Shown: in pieces, positions 10,201 to 19,416 of the stretch
How the letters are laid out: each line of letters opens with the position of its first letter
Position numbering within the stretch: position 1 is the first letter of the stretch
Assembly: GCA_965223265.1 (NCBI GenBank)
Contig: OZ244999.1
Span: 3,616,001-3,680,000, forward strand
DNA: 64,000 bases
Reading direction: 5' to 3'
From: Planctomycetota bacterium
GTDB taxonomy: Bacteria; Planctomycetota; UBA8108; SXIK01
The notes under the pieces: model-generated
The model's input: the letters and a program-made list of their open reading frames with translations, nothing else
The model's database searches: none
Told to the model about the DNA's origin: nothing
Made by a program: the position numbers and the translations under genes

Positions 10201-12574
10201 CGCGCCCGACGCAGACGCTCAGGTGGGTGATCGCCTCCTCCGTGCGGCCGGTTCGCTGGCAAACGGCTCCGAGCTTGCGGGCGCAGCGTACGGCGCGTGG
10301 GTCGGAGTGGGGTCGAGAAATAGGGGCCGCCGCAGGGCGGCGCTCGCGAGCACGTCGACTGCCGGCTTTCGGCGCCCGCCCGGGCATGTCGACGATGGGT
10401 CGCACCAACTTCGAACGCACTGCGTAGGACTCTTCGTAGCGTCCTGCTCCTTCGAAGACGTCGCCGAGAGCTTCGTTCAACGCCGCCTCTTCTGGCGCAT
10501 CTGTCGATAGACTTCCTGCCCAGGGTAGGAGCTCTTCTGCTAACTTCACTTCGCGGGAAGAGTGCACCTCGGTGTCCGGTAGCCAATGGCGCAGCTGCTT
10601 CAACGCGTCTTCGTCGTTGCCGGCTTGACGGAAATGCCAAGCCGCCTCGAGCCGGCGTCGGCTTCGGTCACGTGCGAACACGCGTGCCAGCGCCGCGTGC
10701 CGTTTCGAACGAGTCGACTCGTCCATATGCGACAGGACGGTAGCGCTGACCTGCTGATGTGTAACGCGCAAGTGACGGCCTGCGACGGCGATCAGTCCAA
10801 GTCGCACGAGTGTACGCAAACACGACTCCCAGTCACACCGCTCCCAATCGGAGTGTCGCGAAATCAGTGACCGCAGTTCGTCGCGGGTTGTCGGTCGGTC
10901 CAGGATCGACATCGTTCGGACAACTTCTGTGGCGACCTCTGGTACGGCTTCCAGTTGCTCAGCGAGTCGCTGCGACAGTGTCCGCAGTCCCGCCCCCGCT
11001 GCAGCCGAGTCGAGCTCTTGGAGGCCTTGAACGAAGAACAGCGGGTGCCCACCGGTCTGACTATGAAGATCCCTCTTCAACCGCTCGACAGTGGCGGGCG
11101 GGAGCGTTGTACGCCCGTCGCGCTGCACGAATTCGAGCTGCAGGCACTCCTTACGCGTCAGCGGACCGAGGTCGACACAGACCGCTGCGGGAACGCTCTC
11201 GGTATTGAGTTCCAGTTGACCTTCATGGGTCAGGATGACCGCACCGCGGGCCGCGTCTGAATTGGCCGCGAGTCGTCGAAAGAGCTCACCGAGCTCGCGG
11301 CGCTGCGAAGCGCTCGCCAAGTGCACATCGTCGACGAGCCAAAAGAGTCCATCTCGTATGAGTGGTAACAGATAGTCGAACGGGCTCCGCTCACCTCGTC
11401 GCGGCGTGTCGCGACTGCGTGAGGCGGTCGATCCACAGCGGCCTAGTTCGCGAAGGTAGTTTCCAAGCGCAGTGAGGTCGTCGCCTCCAAAAAAACGGGT
11501 TGTCAGCGTCTCTTTGGCGGAAGTTTCCAGGCGCAATTCCACCTCTTCAAGAAGGCGCGACTTTCCCATTCCGCTGGCGCCTTGAATGGTCAAGAGCGGC
11601 GTTTCACGACGCGACGAATTCGTCCAGCGCTCGATGCGCTTCAGCTCGCTAGTCCTGCCGGCGAAGCGCGGCTCGTAGAATGCGCTCGTTAGCGCACTCA
11701 CGTTGGACGCCACTGGGTGAGACAATGCTGACTCTTGGAGTGCCGTGCGCCAGGCATGCGCGAATTCACCGGCGGTCTGAAACCGCTGCGCTGGGTCGAC
11801 GAGCAGAGCGCGCTCAACCACCGGATCGAGTTTAGGGTCAACGCCAAGTGGAGGCACGGGTCGCGCGCTCTTGTGAGCGCGGTAGAAGGCTTCGAAGCTG
11901 TTGCCGGCGACGGGAAAACGACCGCCGAGCACGAAATAGAACATCGCGCCAAGCGAGTAGACGTCGGCAGGATAGCTCGGAGCTTGACCGGCGAAAAGCT
12001 CCGGCGCGGCGTAGGGGAGTGTACCGAGACCGAGTCCGCCGTCCCCGCCGCTCGCTTCCCGCACCAGGCCAAAGTCGATCAGCATAGGCTGCTGCTCGAC
12101 GCCGGCGTCTTCCACGACGAGTACATTCTCGGGTTTTAAGTCGAGATGCAGAACGCCGTGCTCGTGCAGATACGAAACCGCTGCGACAACCTGCGTCAAG
12201 ATCCGCACAGCGTCGCCCGTTCGCTTTGATCTTCGGCGACGCGTGTTCTGTCGGGGCTCCCGAGAGGGCGAGGAGAAGTGACGCAGCGAGCGACCGCGCA
12301 CGAACTCCATCGTAAAGAACGGTGTTCGCCCCTCATCGAGGGAAACGCCGAAATGGTACGCCCTGGCAATACCCGGATGCCGCAGCCGTCGCAGCGCGAT
12401 GAACTCGCTCTTTAGTCGCTCGTGGTGCTCGCTCGAGGGGTACAGCTTCAGCGCGACGGGAACATGAGGTTGGAGCACATCCGTGGCCAGGTAGACTGTG
12501 CCCATACCGCCTTTTCCGAGGAGGCGCTCCAATCGATAACGAGGGTGAGTGAACGAAACCCGGGCGACCGCCAT
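7244..12574 (-). CDS. Ser/Thr kinase + P-loop NTPase + TPR + sigma54-interaction (bEBP) + HTH fusion regulator
   Basis: Kinase: LGKGGMG, VALK, HLDLKPEN, DFG, APE. NTPase: GASGMGKS and LVDD. Helical TPR-like middle region. bEBP: GESGTGKD, GAFTGA, FRRDLFYRL, WPGNVREL. C-terminal Fis-type HTH. Confidence 0.88.
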   Translation of the reverse strand: MAVARVSFTHPRYRLERLLGKGGMGTVYLATDVLQPHVPVALKLYPSSEHHERLKSEFIALRRLRHPGIARAYHFGVSLDEGRTPFFTMEFVRGRSLRHFSSPSREPRQNTRRRRSKRTGDAVRILTQVVAAVSYLHEHGVLHLDLKPENVLVVEDAGVEQQPMLIDFGLVREASGGDGGLGLGTLPYAAPELFAGQAPSYPADVYSLGAMFYFVLGGRFPVAGNSFEAFYRAHKSARPVPPLGVDPKLDPVVERALLVDPAQRFQTAGEFAHAWRTALQESALSHPVASNVSALTSAFYEPRFAGRTSELKRIERWTNSSRRETPLLTIQGASGMGKSRLLEEVELRLETSAKETLTTRFFGGDDLTALGNYLRELGRCGSTASRSRDTPRRGERSPFDYLLPLIRDGLFWLVDDVHLASASQRRELGELFRRLAANSDAARGAVILTHEGQLELNTESVPAAVCVDLGPLTRKECLQLEFVQRDGRTTLPPATVERLKRDLHSQTGGHPLFFVQGLQELDSAAAGAGLRTLSQRLAEQLEAVPEVATEVVRTMSILDRPTTRDELRSLISRHSDWERCDWESCLRTLVRLGLIAVAGRHLRVTHQQVSATVLSHMDESTRSKRHAALARVFARDRSRRRLEAAWHFRQAGNDEDALKQLRHWLPDTEVHSSREVKLAEELLPWAGSLSTDAPEEAALNEALGDVFEGAGRYEESYAVRSKLVRPIVDMPGRAPKAGSRRARERRPAAAPISRPHSDPRAVRCARKLGAVCQRTGRTEEAITHLSVCVGRDPERAVPDESLRAHAELALLHHFHSRVDEALQHARAGSRLWETLDPKQRRGVVQAAVDLFSTAGQIHIRRLELKQAMLDLEAGLRIAEEHGAASSNVAVLLNNLALARHLNGDLSEALKLFRRAERVANEREDVGALASIRANIAQILSKQGEFEKAIDLLSALEKSAAVKQSKYLQLTCLYSRALNAHLLGHDSASLWREVLQLSHEQDDRFLPFFARTYLAEDLIHGCEYEAAEELLRRPRRRGSESAPLRAFRSARLSWLAALCGKRQVSHRAADDAKRDAGRLPSFHAGWTWYFLALAALERGDSKVAERWLSRAEKSFSHSGIVAGELEVRLCRVDLRLRLVASGGAKSRARLAVHRDLERLKQHKLVSNDLTPRRLGMRLALLEARETALSAVTALRRPGELAAALKQIGSLLRRVSGDAGLTADPGCQLQLLLIETAVLELRGERSAAAASLARLDEWQRQRGVPKDRRRTLWARFGLTLLEPASSAPLRPAATKALTKILSVLADDAAALVERFQAVTAEVGQALPAARVLLTSAPNNRAEWSAAAPPASKSRGVASEILSRAEEGTTQSVELQVEAAAGAKLSDADRAFVTAVFDAVRLAGTGITGEVPFGHSQRSTEKDAPTALLADSRSGASQRETQALTSDDWTTPNLVRHFEAHGFVARSRAARKVLRLVEKLARSDVPILITGESGTGKDHLARILHTLSPRSNAPYVSQNASAIPTKLFEADLFGYQRGAFTGADTTRTGFLFRADGGTFHLEEVCDLPIDLQQSLLRVVEEHAVRPLGAVAKKPLDIRLVASTHRDIEALVERGEFRRDLFYRLNVGRVHVPPLRERSGDLPALVRHFWAELSGSQRALPRATVDALGEHTWPGNVRELVAVLRRLYLEQNDVPSVAAVRELLGGGDTPRLIDTGIFVNHSYDEVQRGVEESYLEFLLEKHGGDLDAIAKELNTTTRSVYRRFERIGLKPKDLRRRRSR

Positions 12575-12590
12575 ACTGGAGTATCGCCGT

Positions 12591-12635
12591 TTTGACAGAA
12601 TGCGTCAATTCGAGGGTTTGACACGTACGGTCATT
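12591..12635. promoter_or_regulatory. Pair of TGAC-N7-GTCA palindromes, candidate regulator binding sites
   Basis: TGACAGAATGCGTCA at 12593-12607 and TGACACGTACGGTCA at 12619-12633, immediately upstream of the kinase-bEBP start. Confidence 0.4.
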
Positions 12636-12815
12636 CACCGTAGCGAGCCCGGGACCGAGTCCGATGCCCGATTTCACGGCAACACCGAAACGCCCCAATT
12701 CTCGGCTCGTCGGCAAGCGGAAAAATTGAGGAGCTGGCCGCCTCAGATGCGGTGGTCGTGAGAGGCCGTTCGCGAGCTTACTTCGAAAGCAGACGGCACT
12801 CGAGTTCTCATGGAG

Positions 12816-14241
12816 TCATTTGTGCACGGCTTCGATCTTCGGCATGGAGACATACAGAATCGGCATTTCACCGTCCTCGGACGTGAAGTAGGGGATGTGA
12901 TAGATGCCGCAGGCTAGTTTGCCTCCGCCCGTCGGGTCAACTTGCTGCCACCCCTCACCCTCGCGATAAAACTCTGCCCAGACATGCCCGCTACCTGCGT
13001 ACAGCCAGCCAGCAACCTGTCGGCTGGGCACCCCCGCGGCACGGGCGAGTGTCACAAAACAGTCGGAAAAATCCCAGCAGTGACCGAACTTCTGCTCCAA
13101 GACTCTGAGCGTACCCCAACGCGAGCCGGTACGACCGGAGTACTTGAGATTTGACCCTGGTGTTAGCCACTCCAAGATCGCCATTGCCTTCTGGTCGTTC
13201 GTTCTCTTGCCGGCAGTGATCTGTCGCGCCAGGGCTTTGACGCTCGGATCAGCTGCAGGCCACCACGGTGTGGACGCGGTCGAGGTCATTGCCGGCTTTG
13301 TCTTGTCCTTGCTAAAGCCGCTGCCGTCTACCGCGAGTTCGAGCCTAACAGCCTGTTGAAGAAGTGCTTCGAGCCGAAAACTGGTCTCTTCGCGTCCAGA
13401 TCGGCTGCGGCAAACGCAGGTAATCTCCGAGATTTTTGAGTATTGACGCCGTCGAGCTGGGCGTGAAGAGGCCAGTTTCTCGGCCGAATGACTTTTTCAA
13501 CGGGCTGCTAACACGAACATAAGGGATGCCGTGTCGCTTCGGGGGACCGTCAAACTCGTAAGCAACCGCCGCAGTGTTCTTCTTCAACTTCGCGGCAGCT
13601 GGCTCAAAGCCATACGAGGTTCCGCGTCGCAGTTGCGGATTTCTGAGAACCAAAGAACGTCCGAAGTGGAACTGCTTCGACAAATCCTTGATCTTGCGGA
13701 GAGATCGTCGATCCGACTCGGCGGCCAGGAAGTGGTTAAAGAGAGGGTTGCACGCCATGTAGTCCGCTTTGTCAACGGTAGCCAACTCGGCACTGACCTG
13801 ATAGCGAACACTTTCAGGCTTCGGCTGCACGCCGAGTTCGTACGAAGTTTTGACGGCAAGTCCTGCGTCGTTCGTCTTCGCAAACTCGACGACAAATCGC
13901 CCCTTTCGCATGAAGAAGGGGTATCTCCTGAATTTGCCGAAAGCGGAGTGGATGGTCTTTGCGTTTGACTCATCCGTCGCGGTGACCACGTTCACCTGAA
14001 TGGAGCGACCATGCAACCGAACGACCGAGTTCGTAAGTCGCTCAATCTTGCCGCCGAACTTCCGTTCAAATCCTTTCGTTTGTTCGCGTGGAATCTCAGT
14101 TGAGCTCAGAACAAAGACTCCAGGTGGGAGGGTGCGCAGTATTGGTTCTGCGGGCGGCCCTTCAGCTCGAACGAACACCGCCAAAGATAGTGCGAGCACA
14201 AAGGCGATCGGAAGTATGCGATGTCTCTTCATTGTGTGCAC
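12816..14241 (-). pseudogene. Secreted transglutaminase-like protein gene split by a MITE insertion
   Basis: Removing 13349-13507 plus one CTAA copy joins GIPYVRV to RLELAVDGSGFSKDKTKPAMTSTASTPWW in frame (about 420 aa). Catalytic triad motifs GHCWDF, GHVWAEF and VDPT lie in the 3' fragment; the signal peptide is in the 5' fragment. Confidence 0.88.
13349..13507. mobile_element. 159-bp MITE with terminal inverted repeats and CTAA target duplication
   Basis: Left end CAGCCTGTTGAAGAAGT; reverse complement of right end CAGCCCGTTGAAAAAGT. CTAA direct repeats at 13345-13348 and 13508-13511. No transposase. Confidence 0.9.
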
Positions 14242-14470
14242 ACTGCTCCTTTTCAGATCAAAAGCGGCTACCCGGGTGGGGTAGTCGACTCGTTCGAAAG
14301 TGCGCGTTCTGTAACGTCAGGAGTCCGCGCTGCTGCGAGAAGCCCCTCCTCGGAGCCCCTCAAACGCCGGCATTGTACGCGAATTTCCGTCGAGGTAGAG
14401 TCCTGAAGGCGTGCTCGGGCTCTCCCGAATGAACGCGCAGTCTCCAACGATCTCTCCCGGCAATCGCGCT

Positions 14471-17400
14471 CTACCTGTTCAGAAGCGACCCGATTCGGTC
14501 CAGTCCCGATTGCACGTCGCGGACAATACCGCTCGAGTCGATCACAAACACGATGGGCCACTTGCCACGCCCGTAATCGACCATCGTCGCGTTGTTTGAG
14601 TGGAGAGAATTCGACCGCGGGAGAAACCGGTCGATTCCCACCGCGAGAGTTAGACTCCTCCTCTCCAGCTCAGGTCGGACCACGCTCGAATGAGCTTGAT
14701 GGGCCAAGATCAGTACTGGGACGGCGTCTGCGTCCCTGCACGCTCGCACAAATCTCTCGAGATCGTCGAAGAACCTGGAGGACTTCGAGTGTTGTCGGGG
14801 CAGCCAGTTGTAGACGAGCACGGTCTCCTTCCCTCCGCGTTGATTCGGGCTACTCGAATCGTACGGTTCACGAATCCACTCACCTACCGACCAAGGCGGA
14901 GCGACCTGCCCGATCATCGTCTCAGCCATCTTGAGAGGAACCTTCTCGACGAGATCTGTATCGACCTCTCGGTCGATCCGATGGAGCACCAAGCGCATGT
15001 CCACAGTTCCGGGAGAAACCAAAAAGTCACGAAACTCGAAGTCGATGTTGTCTACGCCGAGGTGAATCACCTCATCGGAAAGCAGATGGGCGACCCGAAA
15101 GCGTCCCTCTGCGTCCGTTTTCACCATTTCGGGTCGCTTACTCTCCGATGATGCAATGAGAAGGATTCCCTCGACGGGGTTGCCTTGCAAATCGACGACC
15201 AGCCCGCTGACAAAGCTGTTCGCGTCTCGGACGATGAGGTCCTCAAGCTGTAAGGTCTCGCCCGAAAACACATCGAACTCTTCTGACGAAACGGTCGAAA
15301 TCCTCTCCCCCTGGACTCTGACCTGGTATCCCCTCCCGGGACGAACGCTGAAGGAATAGTTCCCACTCGCGTCTGTGAAGTCCCTACCGTCCCACGTCTC
15401 TCCCGGGATGTTGCGGATGATGACCAAAACACCCTCGACCGCACTCCCATCTGCCCGAACGACTGCCCCTTGGATCTCGATGCGCGCATCAACCGCGTCC
15501 TCTACGGTCTCCGGGGCGCTCTCTTCATTCGGAGATAGCTGAAAGTCCAGGCCCTCGATGTGCTCGCCCTGAGCGGAAATCTCTGCCGACCGTTTGGCCG
15601 AACTCCACTGATACCCTTCCGGCACCGAGCGGGTTCCGATCCTCGACTGCCCAGTAGGGATCCGGAGCTCGTAGCGTCCGGTTTCGTTTGTTTTGGCTCG
15701 CGCAACCACAGTCTGGTCAAAAGGGCCACTCGTCCCGCGGATCTCGACGCCCCGGATAGGTTCTTGAGTCGATGCGTCGTGGACCATTCCGCTGATCGTA
15801 CCGCCCTCTTCGAGAAAGAGTTCTATCCCCGACCTGGCGCCGCCCGACGTTTCCCGGATGGGGCCGAACACCTGCATCGTCCAATCGCTGCGGTCGAATG
15901 AGTCTGCGAGAGTGATGACGTATGGAATGGGAGCCAGCCCTTGAAACCGAAAGCGTCCGAACTCATCAACCTCTGCCAGAAAATCTCCAAAAAAATCTAC
16001 GCCAATTTCCCGAGGAGACGCGGTCAGCAAAACTCCCGGGGCAGCCTCGCCAGTATCCGAGTATCTGAGGCTCCCTTCGATCCGTACTTCCGGAGAGAGC
16101 CGAAGCTCCACTGTCCGTAGCAAGGTTGGGTTACTGCTCGCGAACCCACGGCGGCCCAGTCCCGCGGCCTCTGCGACGAGATCAACGCAGGCACGTTCTG
16201 GAAGGCCAGTGATTGAGAATTGTCCGTCGAGGTCGGGCCGGACTTCGAATAAGGATGGCCAAAGTTCTCGCCCTCGACCCTCGTAGCGTTCTATAAAATG
16301 CTCGTTCCCGCCCAGTCTGACCACACTGACGGTGACCTCCCGTGCATCGAACTGCTCGGGTACGATCACGACTCCGGCAACCTGCATCGTTCTGAGAAGT
16401 GCTATTCGCGTCGGGAAATCGGCTTCGTTTCGTATGGAGCTGGAGTGCTCTCGGCGTAGGGCTGCCGCCTCATCTCCGATGGCGGCATAGATCCATCGCA
16501 GCGAGCGTTCCCCGCGGTAGTGGGCGACGTCTTCGAACTGAACGACCCCTTTCTCATCGGTTGTGCGAGGACCGTAGGTGGTCGTCTGTGGAAGGGCTAT
16601 CCCGTCTACAGTCGCTACGTAGACGTCAACGCCCGCCTCGGGGATACCCTCCTGGTTGACGCAAAGAATCGTAAGTTGTCGATCCATGTCGACGTTCAAC
16701 GGGGATTCTTGAATGTCTTCAGTGATCTCACGGTCCACCGTTACGTAACCCTCTGCAGAGATGGTCAGGCGATCATCTGCTTTCTCGATCCAGTCGAACT
16801 GGTAGACTCCTTCAGCATTGGTCTCCGCCACGACATTCCGCAAACGCAGCCAAGCGCCCACCACGGGATCTCCAGTCTTGGCGTCGCGAACCGTCCCAAC
16901 GATCGTAGGGTGCCGTCGTCGACTCTCCTTTCCGTGAGTCGCTGTCGGTTTTAATGGTGAGTCTCGATTCAACTTCTCTCTTTCGGCGTGGTTGCGCGGG
17001 GGGGCAGCCAACTTGTCACGATGCGTCGACGTTTTCTCCGACTTCCATGGCGACAGGTAACCGATAAAGCCGCCGATGGAGATCAAGAGCGCGGCAAGAA
17101 GCACTGACGCTGAAATCTTCTTTCCCATGACAATCACGCCTCCAACCTTTGTCCATGTGCCGGTCGCGGAGAAGGCCGCCGCTGTCGTAGAACTGGCGGG
17201 AAAACCGGCCACAGCTAGTTTCCCGAGAGAAGCCAAGAGCGACGGCGGTGCCGATTCGACCAACCGCGTTGCGAGAATCGATGCGAGCGAACCAACGCTG
17301 ACTTGAAGAACTCGTTTCCGCGCGAGCGAATCGCGAACGGCCTCGATGGCCTTGCGAATTCGGTACGACACGCTTTGCCTGGTCACTCCGAGTGTCTTGG

Positions 17401-17830
17401 CGATCTCGGCGTGCGTTCGACGCTGAATGAAATGAGCGATGATCACGTCGCGCAGATCGAGCGGTAGCTCTTCAATGGCCTCGTCAACGTAGGGTTCGAC
17501 CTCGCTCCAGTCCTGTCGTTCTGGAGGGGTGTGAATGGCGAAGCGCTTCTCCACCGCACGACGACGAGCCTCCCGCCTTACATGGTCGATCGCCACTCGC
17601 GTCGCCATGGAATGTAGCCACGAAACGAAAGACGACTTGGGAACCATCCGAGAGCGCGCGAGCTTCACGAAGCAGTCCTGGGTCACGTCCTCCGCGTCAG
17701 CGCTGTGACGCAGGACACGTCTGCAAACTGAATACACCATCCCCGCGTGACGCGAAACGAGCTCGTTGAAAGCTTCGCCGTCGCGCTCGTCGATCCAGCG
17801 CTGTAGCAGGAATATGTCGTCCGTGGCCAT
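14471..17830 (-). CDS. ECF sigma factor with TM helix, carboxypeptidase-regulatory-like repeats and a degenerate thioredoxin-like C-terminus
   Basis: Region 2 (DAEDVTQDCF, FVSWL) and region 4 (THAEIAKTLG), a TM segment, several G.V.D..G.P..G.....TD..G.Y/F repeats, and a C-terminal G..AP.W...FVID..GIVR segment. Confidence 0.85.
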   Translation of the reverse strand: MATDDIFLLQRWIDERDGEAFNELVSRHAGMVYSVCRRVLRHSADAEDVTQDCFVKLARSRMVPKSSFVSWLHSMATRVAIDHVRREARRRAVEKRFAIHTPPERQDWSEVEPYVDEAIEELPLDLRDVIIAHFIQRRTHAEIAKTLGVTRQSVSYRIRKAIEAVRDSLARKRVLQVSVGSLASILATRLVESAPPSLLASLGKLAVAGFPASSTTAAAFSATGTWTKVGGVIVMGKKISASVLLAALLISIGGFIGYLSPWKSEKTSTHRDKLAAPPRNHAEREKLNRDSPLKPTATHGKESRRRHPTIVGTVRDAKTGDPVVGAWLRLRNVVAETNAEGVYQFDWIEKADDRLTISAEGYVTVDREITEDIQESPLNVDMDRQLTILCVNQEGIPEAGVDVYVATVDGIALPQTTTYGPRTTDEKGVVQFEDVAHYRGERSLRWIYAAIGDEAAALRREHSSSIRNEADFPTRIALLRTMQVAGVVIVPEQFDAREVTVSVVRLGGNEHFIERYEGRGRELWPSLFEVRPDLDGQFSITGLPERACVDLVAEAAGLGRRGFASSNPTLLRTVELRLSPEVRIEGSLRYSDTGEAAPGVLLTASPREIGVDFFGDFLAEVDEFGRFRFQGLAPIPYVITLADSFDRSDWTMQVFGPIRETSGGARSGIELFLEEGGTISGMVHDASTQEPIRGVEIRGTSGPFDQTVVARAKTNETGRYELRIPTGQSRIGTRSVPEGYQWSSAKRSAEISAQGEHIEGLDFQLSPNEESAPETVEDAVDARIEIQGAVVRADGSAVEGVLVIIRNIPGETWDGRDFTDASGNYSFSVRPGRGYQVRVQGERISTVSSEEFDVFSGETLQLEDLIVRDANSFVSGLVVDLQGNPVEGILLIASSESKRPEMVKTDAEGRFRVAHLLSDEVIHLGVDNIDFEFRDFLVSPGTVDMRLVLHRIDREVDTDLVEKVPLKMAETMIGQVAPPWSVGEWIREPYDSSSPNQRGGKETVLVYNWLPRQHSKSSRFFDDLERFVRACRDADAVPVLILAHQAHSSVVRPELERRSLTLAVGIDRFLPRSNSLHSNNATMVDYGRGKWPIVFVIDSSGIVRDVQSGLDRIGSLLNR

Positions 17831-18205
17831 GGTCTACCGCTGTCCCGATTGTCTTTCCCGTTGGGTAGACGTACGGAAACACGCCACGGCAAAACGAAAA
17901 CACGTGAATCCGGGCGAAATCGCCCGATTCCCATACGGTCCCCGGCGTGAAGCCAGGAGATCTTGCATGAGACAAGGCCCAGAAGTTCCCGGTGATGAAG
18001 AAGACGGCCAAGCAAGGGAGCTCGACATCAAGAGCTCGTCGAGTTGGCGCCACCACAGAGGCGCTGATCCCCGAGTGTAACTGAAGAGCCTCGCGCCTCC
18101 TTCGAGCTCTACGTGGCGATCGAGGCCGGATCGAAAGACTCGAGCACCTTCAAGGCGATGCGGCGACGTGCCTTCTCAGACGGAAAGAACACGCTAAGCC
18201 TGGCC

Positions 18206-19411
18206 TCAGACAAAGACCGCCGCCACTGCCGCGGTCAGAAAAGACGCCAGCGCTCCACCAGCCATGGCGCGCAGAGCCAAGGTGGAGAGATCCTTTCGGC
18301 GCTCCGGGATCAGCTGACCGAGACCACCGAGCATGACGCCGATCGAGCCGAAATTAGCGAAGCCGCAAAGTGCAAACGTCGCGATCTTGATCGTCCGTGG
18401 GTCGAGCGTTCCGGCCTCGATCAACTCGCTCAGCTTCCCATAGGCGATCCATTCGTTCAGGCAGATCTTGACGCCGAGTAGGCTCCCGAGTTGCTCTGCT
18501 TCACGGCCCCATTCAGCACCGAGAAGCCAGGCGAGCGGCCGCAAAAAGTACCCAAAGATCTCCTCAAGCGAGGTACTGAACCACGCCTGCAGCGGCCAAT
18601 TGACGAGCGCCAAGAGCGAATAGAAGACGAGTAACATCGCGCCGATGTTGAGTGCCAGAAAGAGTCCGTCGCGGATACCAGTGGCGAGAGCATCGAGTGT
18701 ATTGTGTGCGGTGCGATTGAACTCGAGAGTCAGTTTGGCGCCGGTTTTCGGCTCCTCTGTCTCCGGCACAAGGATCTTCGCAATCACGAGAGCCGCCGGC
18801 GCCGACATGACAGACGCTGCAATCAGAAACGACCCGTACTCCTCGCCGACGAAGCCGAGATAGACGCCCAAAACGCTGCCAGCAACCGTCGCGAAGCCAC
18901 CGCACATGAGCGCGTTGAGCTCTGAGCGCGTCATCGCGGCCAAGTATGGTTTCACGGCAAGCGGCGCCTCGGTGATGCCGACGAAAACGTTCGCGGCCGC
19001 AGCCATCGACTCCGCGCCGCTCACGCGCAGGAGCGCACCTAAGACGCGAGCGAACCCGTAGACGATGACTTGCATGACGCCGAGGTGGTAGAGCACCGCC
19101 ACGATCGCGGAGAAGTAGATGATCACGGGTAACATGCTGAAGGCAATCGTTCCGCCTTCACGAGAACCTGCCTCACCGAAGACGAACTCAGAGCCTCCAT
19201 AGCTGAACCCCAAGACGCGGTTGAAGCCATCCGTGACCCCCCGGATGATCTCGGCGCCAAGCTGCGTCTTGAAGACGAAGAGCCCCAGAATCACCTGGAC
19301 AACCAAACCAACCACGACGAGACGCCACGAGATCGCGCGCCGATGCGTCGACAGCAGTGCGCAGCAGGCCAGAATGATGCCGACGCCGAGAAGACCTTGG
19401 AATTGAGGCAT
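18206..19411 (-). CDS. nupC: NupC/CNT family nucleoside transporter
   Basis: GAES...AANVFVG.TEAPL, GFATVAGS, SVMSAPAA and ALCGFANFGSIG motifs. Confidence 0.9.
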   Translation of the reverse strand: MPQFQGLLGVGIILACCALLSTHRRAISWRLVVVGLVVQVILGLFVFKTQLGAEIIRGVTDGFNRVLGFSYGGSEFVFGEAGSREGGTIAFSMLPVIIYFSAIVAVLYHLGVMQVIVYGFARVLGALLRVSGAESMAAAANVFVGITEAPLAVKPYLAAMTRSELNALMCGGFATVAGSVLGVYLGFVGEEYGSFLIAASVMSAPAALVIAKILVPETEEPKTGAKLTLEFNRTAHNTLDALATGIRDGLFLALNIGAMLLVFYSLLALVNWPLQAWFSTSLEEIFGYFLRPLAWLLGAEWGREAEQLGSLLGVKICLNEWIAYGKLSELIEAGTLDPRTIKIATFALCGFANFGSIGVMLGGLGQLIPERRKDLSTLALRAMAGGALASFLTAAVAAVFV

Positions 19412-19416
19412 AAGTG

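Noticed and set aside
12816-13289. Treating 12816-13289 and 13345-14241 as two independent genes
   Set aside because: They rejoin in frame after MITE removal.
17967-18080. Short + strand ORF with an AGGAGA RBS (MRQGPEVPGDEEDG...)
   Set aside because: Only 37 aa with no recognisable motif; may be a gene remnant and cannot be supported.
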